64,000 nucleotides of DNA. It comes from Candidatus Yanofskybacteria bacterium RIFCSPLOWO2_01_FULL_42_49. GTDB taxonomy: Bacteria; Patescibacteriota; Minisyncoccia; 2-02-FULL-40-12; GWA2-44-9. The stretch lies in NCBI GenBank assembly GCA_001795615.1, contig MGKI01000002.1:2760-66759 (forward strand), in the 5' to 3' direction. Of this stretch, positions 50,872-58,224 are shown piece after piece; positions within the stretch are counted from its first letter, which is position 1; each line of letters starts with the position of its first letter. Under the pieces are notes generated by a model, which saw only the letters and a program-made list of their open reading frames with translations, had not been told where the DNA came from and did no database searches. The position numbers and the translations under genes were made by a program.

Positions 50872-50938
50872 GATGCTCTACCAAGCCGACGTTACAGTCG
50901 GCTCCCCGACCGAAGCATCGGGGCTGAACTACGTACCC
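50872..50938 (-). repeat. 5' half of tRNA-Ile with the same D-loop insertion (63-nt direct repeat of 50443-50505)
   Basis: One mismatch between copies; carries acceptor 5' strand GGGTACG. Confidence 0.8.
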
Positions 50939-50991
50939 GCAAATTTCCTCTTATTTTACTAAATAAAAAGGGGCCCGGCAACCCCTATAAA

Positions 50992-53064
50992 TTAAATCTT
51001 ACCACCGCTTGAATAAGCTTCTTTAAAAATTAACAACTGTTGAATTTCGTTGGTACCTTCAAAAATAAGATTAATACGAGAATCTCGCCACATTCTTGAA
51101 ATTTCAGATTCATCCGAAAATCCGTCCCCTCCAAGTATCTGAAGTGCCGTATCAACATTCCACATATTCATTTCTGAACACCTAAGCTTCACGCAAGCTG
51201 CCTCAAGACGAACATCTTTGCCTTCATCAGCCGTCTTGGCCGCACTATACACCGCCTGTTCCATCATATAGATATTGGCTCTTATTCTTGCAAGATAAGA
51301 TTGGATCATCTGGAAACTCAAAAGTGGACTGTCAAATTGCTGACGATCCGAGGCATGTTTGAAAGCAATTTCAAACGCTCTCTTAGACGACCCGACACAA
51401 CCGGCAGCAAGACCCAGCCTTCCACCATTTAAAGTCTGCATAAACATTCTAAATGCTTTACCGACTTCTCCGAGAAGATTTTCGTCGGGAACAAAGACAT
51501 CTTCAAGCGCCAATTCGACAGTACGAGATCCCTTAATTCCAAGCTTATGTTCAACTCTAGATACCTTATAGCCTTTGGTTTTTGTCTCGACAATGAATGC
51601 CGCCAGACCGTCTTTTTTGAGCATCGGATCAGTTTGGGCAATAACAATCGTAAAATCCGCATCGGCTCCGTTGGTAATGAATCTCTTGGAACCATTAAGC
51701 ACCCAGCCACCATTTTTTTTGATAGCTGATGTTTTGATATTTCCGGCATCTGAGCCAGCACTTGGTTCAGTCAACGCAAATGCTCCCATCATTTTACCTT
51801 CTAAGGCCTGCGTAAGGTATTTCTTTTTTTGTGTTTCGTTGCCACCCAGATAAATGGCTCCGCAGGCAAGACCCATATGAGCACCGGCTACAACAGCCGA
51901 AGAACCGTGAACACGAGACAACTCTTCAAAAACTATGCAGTAAGCAGTTTTGCCAAGACCGGCCCCTCCATATTCCTCAGGATATGAGGCGGCAAAAAAC
52001 CCCATTTCACCCATTTGATTAAATAGTTCGCGGGGCATCCCGCCAGCTTCTTCCATCTCCTTGATCCGCGGACGAATTTCCTTGTCGGCAAATTCCCGAA
52101 CCATCTCACGAAACATTTTTAGATCTTCTTCGTGTTCAGATTTGTCAGTTTTAACCGATGGGGTTGCTTGTTTCTTCGGCTCAAGGTCAATTTTCAGGAA
52201 CTTTGCCAATCCACGCCTGGCAGAGTCCTTTACTACCAATTCTGCAAACAATTTCTGCTCCAGTTTCAATGCATCCGCCAATGGAAGTACCATTCCATTC
52301 CTGACCGCAGAGAGAATCGCCTCTACCGCTTCGCTAGATTTTGATTGCATCAGCATTTTGAATTGATCAGATGCAATAAGCCCGTTAAACCTTTCTGGGT
52401 CGAAAGTTTGCAGTCTTTTTGACGGATAACCGCCTGCAACTAGTTGTTGAGCGAGATTTTTTGCCTCATTATCTATATCTATTTTGAAGACAACTTTATC
52501 TACAAGGCCGTATTTCATTGCATCATGCGCTGAAATAATCACGCCCGACAAGAGAAGCTTGAGGGCCATCTCAATATCCATCAGCCGAGGCAAACGCTGG
52601 GTACCACCCATGCCAGGAATAATGCCCAGACCTATTTCCGGTTGGCCAAATTTGGCCTCATCTACCGCTATGCGGACAGTGCAGGCCATTGCCAGTTCGT
52701 TTCCTCCACCCAAGCAATAACCGTTGATAAGGGCAACGGACGGTTTGCCGAGATTTTGAACCGCATCCACAACAGCATTTACCTTTTCGAGAAGCTCGAA
52801 GGCTTTCTGAAAATTACCTTCTTTGGCAATCGTCCAAATCTCTTTAACATCAGCACCAGCTGAAAAGAGTCCCTTGCCTTCAATAATAAGCGCTTTAGTC
52901 CTTTCGTCTTCCTTGACCTTTTCGAGAAGAGTAGCGAGGGACATAAGGACTTCTCCGGAAAGTTGATTCATCGGAGGATTTTGAATAGTGAGTTTGGCGA
53001 TATTCGTATCCTTAATTCTTGAAAGCTTAACCTTCGGTTCTTCCTGTTTTTCAGCCACTTTCAA
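50992..53064 (-). CDS. Enoyl-CoA hydratase - acyl-CoA dehydrogenase fusion
   Basis: N-term FSAGAD, GGGNELA, PEIGLGIIPG; C-term FALTEPSAGSD, GSKRFITNG, IFEGTNEIQ. Confidence 0.9.
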   Translation of the reverse strand: MKVAEKQEEPKVKLSRIKDTNIAKLTIQNPPMNQLSGEVLMSLATLLEKVKEDERTKALIIEGKGLFSAGADVKEIWTIAKEGNFQKAFELLEKVNAVVDAVQNLGKPSVALINGYCLGGGNELAMACTVRIAVDEAKFGQPEIGLGIIPGMGGTQRLPRLMDIEMALKLLLSGVIISAHDAMKYGLVDKVVFKIDIDNEAKNLAQQLVAGGYPSKRLQTFDPERFNGLIASDQFKMLMQSKSSEAVEAILSAVRNGMVLPLADALKLEQKLFAELVVKDSARRGLAKFLKIDLEPKKQATPSVKTDKSEHEEDLKMFREMVREFADKEIRPRIKEMEEAGGMPRELFNQMGEMGFFAASYPEEYGGAGLGKTAYCIVFEELSRVHGSSAVVAGAHMGLACGAIYLGGNETQKKKYLTQALEGKMMGAFALTEPSAGSDAGNIKTSAIKKNGGWVLNGSKRFITNGADADFTIVIAQTDPMLKKDGLAAFIVETKTKGYKVSRVEHKLGIKGSRTVELALEDVFVPDENLLGEVGKAFRMFMQTLNGGRLGLAAGCVGSSKRAFEIAFKHASDRQQFDSPLLSFQMIQSYLARIRANIYMMEQAVYSAAKTADEGKDVRLEAACVKLRCSEMNMWNVDTALQILGGDGFSDESEISRMWRDSRINLIFEGTNEIQQLLIFKEAYSSGGKI

Positions 53065-53166
53065 ACTCCAAATAAGTTATCAAGAATCTGACGTTAATAT
53101 AACTCCTTTTTTATAAAAAACAAGCCCCTCACCTTTTCAAAAGGTGAGGGGTTAAATACTTAAAAA

Positions 53167-54387
53167 TTACCATTCTTCTTCAATCTTTTTAAATATCTTC
53201 TTGTCTTCCGCGACAAGATCTTCAAGCAGTTTCGCCGGCTTGAACCGCATTCCGCATTCCCGCTCAAATCGCTGAAGATCGGCAAGAAGATTTGCAAAAC
53301 CATATTTTTCTTGAGCATAGTGTAGAGGCCCTTCCAACGCCATGGGAAACATTATGCCAAGAGTAGCACCGGTTTCAATGTCATCTGCCGTAGCAACTCC
53401 TTCTTCAAGACACAATAATGATTCGACGCAAAGACCGGCCGTCATACGTTTAAAACCTTCTTCAATATCATATTCTTGCCGATTTGGATATTCACGGTCA
53501 ATAATCGCCTGGGTATCTTCGAAACCAGTGGCATTAGAACTAACATAGAAACCAGCCCCGACTTTGTTACCAATCCGACCAAGTTCAATCATACGATTCA
53601 TAAATGGCGCCGGCTTCGCCCTTTCCCCGTATCCTTGATGTAAAATCTTTGCCACGTTAGCAGCAATATCTATGCCCACATAGTCAAGAAGGGTAAACAA
53701 GCCCATTGGCCATCCAAATTTCTCAGCTCGAGCGTCAATTTGCTTAATTGTAAGTTTTGTTTCGGTAAGAAGCCGTACCGCTTCATTTGCATATGGCATC
53801 AAAATACGATTGACCAGATATCCGGGACAACCCTTTACGGGAAGCGGGGTTTTTCCAAGAACGATTTGAACGAAACGATTTACTATTGTAAATGTTTCAT
53901 CCGAAGTCTTATCGCCTTTTACCAATTCCACTAGCGGTGCTTTAACCGGCGGATTAAAAAAGTGAGTGCCGATAAATCTGTCCGGGCGATTGGTTACCGA
54001 TGCTATCTCGGTAACAGAAAGCGATGAACTATTTGTCGTAAAAATAACATCATCAGACAATAACGAATTCAGTTCCCCAAAAACAGCCTTTTTTACGGCC
54101 ATGTCTTCAAAGACCGCCTCAATTACAAGATCGGCATTTTTGATATCGTTGTACGAACTTGTGACTAAGAAGCGTGCCTTTGTACCTTCGGCTTCTGCTA
54201 AAGTTATTTTTCCAAGCCGAACCACTTTGTCAAGCTGGCTGAAAATTCTTTCTTTACATGCTTGAGCGCGTTCATTGTTGGCTTCTTTCACAACAATACT
54301 TACGCCCTTTTGGGCAATATGCTGTCCGATACCGCTTCCCATCGTTCCGCCGCCGATAATTCCAACTGTCCTAATAATTCTGGCCAT
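53167..54387 (-). CDS. 3-hydroxyacyl-CoA dehydrogenase (duplicated C-terminal domain)
   Basis: GGGTMGSGI, IEAVFE, NSSSL, HFFNP, GWPMG. Confidence 0.92.
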   Translation of the reverse strand: MARIIRTVGIIGGGTMGSGIGQHIAQKGVSIVVKEANNERAQACKERIFSQLDKVVRLGKITLAEAEGTKARFLVTSSYNDIKNADLVIEAVFEDMAVKKAVFGELNSLLSDDVIFTTNSSSLSVTEIASVTNRPDRFIGTHFFNPPVKAPLVELVKGDKTSDETFTIVNRFVQIVLGKTPLPVKGCPGYLVNRILMPYANEAVRLLTETKLTIKQIDARAEKFGWPMGLFTLLDYVGIDIAANVAKILHQGYGERAKPAPFMNRMIELGRIGNKVGAGFYVSSNATGFEDTQAIIDREYPNRQEYDIEEGFKRMTAGLCVESLLCLEEGVATADDIETGATLGIMFPMALEGPLHYAQEKYGFANLLADLQRFERECGMRFKPAKLLEDLVAEDKKIFKKIEEEW

Positions 54388-54496
54388 TGTTTTCTCCAGA
54401 AAAATATTTCAAAAAACTGTCCAAAATATAGTCCCTTAAACAATTACAGTCAATAGCTTAATTTGTAAATAAAAAGGGCTCTCGCCCCATACTAAC

Positions 54497-55810
54497 TCAA
54501 ACTCTTTCTATGATCAGGCATCCGCCCTGGCCACCGCCCACGCACATAGTAATTGCGGCATAGCGTTTCTGATATTCCAATAATTCGTGCATAGCCTGAA
54601 CTGTTAGCTTTGCACCAGTTGCCCCAACAGCATGGCCAAGAGCAATAGCTCCACCATGGACATTCAACTTCTCGTCAGGAATATGAAGTCCTCTCTGACA
54701 AGCAATCGCTTGAGACGCAAAGGCCTCATTGAGTTCAAATAAATCAATGTCTTCAATCTTCAGCCCGGCTTTAGCGAGTGCCTTAGGAACAGCAAAGATA
54801 GGTCCTTCGCCCATCAGTGCCGGATCGCAACCGGCATATGCATAGGACACTATATATGCCAACGGAGTAAGTCCCAATGAAACAGCTTTTTCTTCGGTCA
54901 TGATCAAGAGTGCCGCCGCGCCATCATTCATTGGACAGGCATTAGTCGGAGTTACTGTACCGCCGAGATGGTACGTTTTCTCAATAACGAACGTGCCGGT
55001 TTTGTCGATATAGAAATTTACATCATTTTCAATCGGATTCATAATATTCTCATTCATGAATATGGCAGGCGCACCAGATGCGGATCCAGGACTTTTGGCT
55101 AGTTTCTCGCTTGGACTTTCGTCTTGTGAAAATACAACCTGACCTCCCGGAATAATCTTATCATCTGATTCAACACCCCCTCGGATACGCATTCTGTCTT
55201 GAATTTTTAACGGAAGGATTTGCGCATCAAATTTTTGATTCTCTCGAGCATCACACGCCTTTTGGTGAGAACGCACCGCATATTCATCCTGCTCTTCGCG
55301 GGTAATTCCCCATTTTTGGGCAACATTTTCAGCTGTCCGTCCCATCATTTGTTTAATGTTGGGATCAAAAAGTCCATCCCACAAGGCGTCTGTAAGAATA
55401 TGGTTTTGCATCCTAAGTCCGAACCTCGCATCTTTCATAACATATGGCACTTGCGACATATTTTCGGTTCCACCGACAAGAAATATTTCCCCGTCCCTAG
55501 CCGCAGCGGCCTGGCACGCCGAAGTGATCGCCTCAATTCCTGACGCACAATTTCGTGCAACTGTCCGCGCCGGAACACCTTGGGGAACCTTTGCATAAAG
55601 AGCCGCAACGCGGGCAATATTGGCTTTGGGCTGGCATATATTACCAGCCACAACTTCATCAATTTGGGCCGGATCAATGCCGCTCTTTTTTACCACATGA
55701 CGAAAACAATATGCCAAAAGAAACTCTGCGGGAACATTTTTCAAAGCACCGCCAAATTTGCCGATAGCAGTCCTGATTCCGCCTACAATAACCATTCTTT
55801 TTGTCGTCAC
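54497..55810 (-). CDS. Acetyl-CoA C-acyltransferase (thiolase)
   Basis: RNCASG, NEAFA, GHAVGATG, MCVGGG. Confidence 0.95.
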   Translation of the reverse strand: MTTKRMVIVGGIRTAIGKFGGALKNVPAEFLLAYCFRHVVKKSGIDPAQIDEVVAGNICQPKANIARVAALYAKVPQGVPARTVARNCASGIEAITSACQAAAARDGEIFLVGGTENMSQVPYVMKDARFGLRMQNHILTDALWDGLFDPNIKQMMGRTAENVAQKWGITREEQDEYAVRSHQKACDARENQKFDAQILPLKIQDRMRIRGGVESDDKIIPGGQVVFSQDESPSEKLAKSPGSASGAPAIFMNENIMNPIENDVNFYIDKTGTFVIEKTYHLGGTVTPTNACPMNDGAAALLIMTEEKAVSLGLTPLAYIVSYAYAGCDPALMGEGPIFAVPKALAKAGLKIEDIDLFELNEAFASQAIACQRGLHIPDEKLNVHGGAIALGHAVGATGAKLTVQAMHELLEYQKRYAAITMCVGGGQGGCLIIERV

Positions 55811-55903
55811 TTTTCCGCCTTTGTTAAGGTGCCAATTACAGTTTAGCCATAATTAACATTTCATAAATCTCTTGTCAAAATTTATATAGTATGGTAGTAT
55901 CCA

Positions 55904-56175
55904 GGGAAGCAGGTTGAGAATTATAATCAAGTTGAGAAACTTAAAAATGAGATGATTTGTTTGGCGCGACGACGAAGATGTAGTTTTACACTACTTCGAG
56001 AAGGAGCAACAAAGAAATCAGCCATTTTTGAGTTTCCCTTGGGGGCGGGTCAATTTTGACCATCTTCCACGTTGTTCGTCACTCGCGTACATAAAAGTAC
56101 GCATCGTTCCTCAACGCCTTGAATATGTGCAAAATTGACTCCGCTCAAGTGATTATAATTCTCAACCTGCTTCCC
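55904..56175. repeat. 272-nt structured dispersed element, copy 2 (inverted)
   Basis: Perfect 26-bp terminal inverted repeat; homologous core to 19409-19680. Confidence 0.8.
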
Positions 56176-56179
56176 TACT

Positions 56180-56731
56180 ATGGCTGATGCTACAAATCTA
56201 CAACATGTGCATACGGCTTTAAAGAAAAAATTCTCGAATAGAAAATTGATTTTCGGAAGGGGTTTAATTGGTTCAAAAATCGTATTCGTCAGCGATCATC
56301 CCGGGGCTGAAGGAGCAAAAGAGGGCAAACCCTTGGCCGGAAATAATCAAAAACTGCTCAACAAACTTCTCCGTTCCGCAGGCATTGATACAAATAAAAT
56401 TTATATCACAAACGTCATCAAATATCATCCCGAAAACAAAAAACCGACGTCGAAAGAGATAAAATCATATGTCCCCTTTTTGAAAGAAGAGATAAAAACC
56501 GTCGGACCGAAAGTTGTAGTCACCCTTGGCGACATTGCTTTAAACGGAGTGGGGTTGAGGCAACCTCTTGATAATGTTCACGGAAGAACTTTCAATCTCG
56601 GCAGTTTTACGTTAGTTCCGACATTCCATCCGGAATCAGCCCTAAAAGATCCGGTGGTACAAACACTCCTTCAATCAGACATCTCAAAACTCAAAAAAAT
56701 AATAGCAGAAGCAGAAGAAAACCAAGTCTAA
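56180..56731 (+). CDS. Uracil-DNA glycosylase family 4-like protein (degenerate motifs)
   Basis: YITNVIK, VVTLG, PTFHP; GEAPG replaced by SDHPG; no cysteines. Confidence 0.7.
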   Translation: MADATNLQHVHTALKKKFSNRKLIFGRGLIGSKIVFVSDHPGAEGAKEGKPLAGNNQKLLNKLLRSAGIDTNKIYITNVIKYHPENKKPTSKEIKSYVPFLKEEIKTVGPKVVVTLGDIALNGVGLRQPLDNVHGRTFNLGSFTLVPTFHPESALKDPVVQTLLQSDISKLKKIIAEAEENQV

Positions 56732-56777
56732 CTAAAAACCCCGATGCCGGGGTTTTTAGTTAGCAAGCCTCAACAGT

Positions 56778-57779
56778 TTATTTTTTTCTGACAATAACTT
56801 TTTTTACGGCATTTTTTATACTTTCTACATCCATACCGAAATGTTTGATCAGTTCTTCTGCAGTACCTGACTCACCAAAGCGATTTTGAACTCCGATATA
56901 CTCCTGCGGAACCGGATAATTTCGCGACAAAACTTCCGCCACAGCAGAACCCAATCCCCCATTAATCTGGTGTTCCTCCACCGAAACAACAGCTCCACAT
57001 TTTTGAGCCGCTTCGATGATTGTTTTTTCATCTAGAGGTTTCACTGTGTGTGAGTTTATAACCATACATTCAATCCCCTCTTTGGATAGTTCCTCCGCGG
57101 CCAGAAGCGCATTATACAAAAGCATTCCACAGCCGACGATCGCCGCGTCAGGCGATCGCCCTGAGCCTGTCGAAGGGTCTCTGTAAACCTCTGCCCTTCC
57201 AACTTCAAACGGAGTGTCTTTGGTCGTAAAGACCGGGGATTTTTCTCTTCCGACTCTTACATACGACGGCTTGCCATTGAACGCTATCGCAACAGTCGCT
57301 TTCTGCGCTTCAACCGCATCGCACGGAACGACAACCGTCATATTCGGCTGGACACGCATTAAAGCTATATCCTCAAGCGCTTGATGAGTCGCCCCATCCG
57401 GACCCACTGAAATACCGGCATGAGCCCCGATTACTTTCACGGGAACATTGTTTAACGAGATATTGGTCCTTATCTGTTCGTTATTCCTTCCCGGCGAGAA
57501 AACCGCATAAGAAGAAATGAAAGGAATCTTGCCATAATTAGCCATGCCGGAGGCCACTAAAGCAAGGTTCTGTTCGGCAACGCCTAACTCCACGAACCTT
57601 TCCGGGAATTTTTCCGCAAACCAAAGAGACCGAGTTGATTCGGTCAGGTCCGCGCAAAGAACAACGACTCTCTCGTCTTTTTCTCCGGCTTCAACGACGC
57701 CCTTACCATAGCCGTCGCGAGTCGGAAACATCTCTGGCTTTGATAAGTCCTCTATGAGATGTGCGTTTTTGTTTAACAT
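56778..57779 (-). CDS. Transketolase C-terminal subunit
   Basis: GVAEQN, GPDGATHQ, VEEHQ..GGLGS. Confidence 0.93.
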   Translation of the reverse strand: MLNKNAHLIEDLSKPEMFPTRDGYGKGVVEAGEKDERVVVLCADLTESTRSLWFAEKFPERFVELGVAEQNLALVASGMANYGKIPFISSYAVFSPGRNNEQIRTNISLNNVPVKVIGAHAGISVGPDGATHQALEDIALMRVQPNMTVVVPCDAVEAQKATVAIAFNGKPSYVRVGREKSPVFTTKDTPFEVGRAEVYRDPSTGSGRSPDAAIVGCGMLLYNALLAAEELSKEGIECMVINSHTVKPLDEKTIIEAAQKCGAVVSVEEHQINGGLGSAVAEVLSRNYPVPQEYIGVQNRFGESGTAEELIKHFGMDVESIKNAVKKVIVRKK

Positions 57780-57890
57780 AACTTTAGTGTAAAAGTAAAA
57801 ACGAAAAATGCAAAACAACAGCCCAAAATTTAAAACTTTCTTTGGTTTTTCACTGTTGTTTTACGCTTTGCGCTTTAAGCTTATCGCTTC

Positions 57891-58190
57891 TTAGCGGCAT
57901 CTGTCGCAGTCGCCACATTTACAATCCGGCTGGTGAGAGCATGTTTTATTTCCTTCACCAGAAACAGACATACCCTTAGCGGACATTCCGCAGCATCCGC
58001 AAGACTTCATGCCAAATGCCATTAAACTCAAAATGACTGCTGACCACGCATAAAACAACGGGTCATAGCCCCAAACCATCACACCTTTCAGCGCCGACCA
58101 GAAAAATAAAATACCGGCCAGCCACACAAGACCCGATATGACCTCAACTATCCGATGATGGGGACATTTACAATTTCTGTGATACATCAT
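57891..58190 (-). CDS. Small Cys/His-rich membrane protein
   Basis: CKCPHH, two TM segments, CGCC, CKCGDCDRC. Confidence 0.6.
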   Translation of the reverse strand: MMYHRNCKCPHHRIVEVISGLVWLAGILFFWSALKGVMVWGYDPLFYAWSAVILSLMAFGMKSCGCCGMSAKGMSVSGEGNKTCSHQPDCKCGDCDRCR

Positions 58191-58224
58191 AACGACACCT
58201 CCTTTCTTTAATTAATTATTTTTC

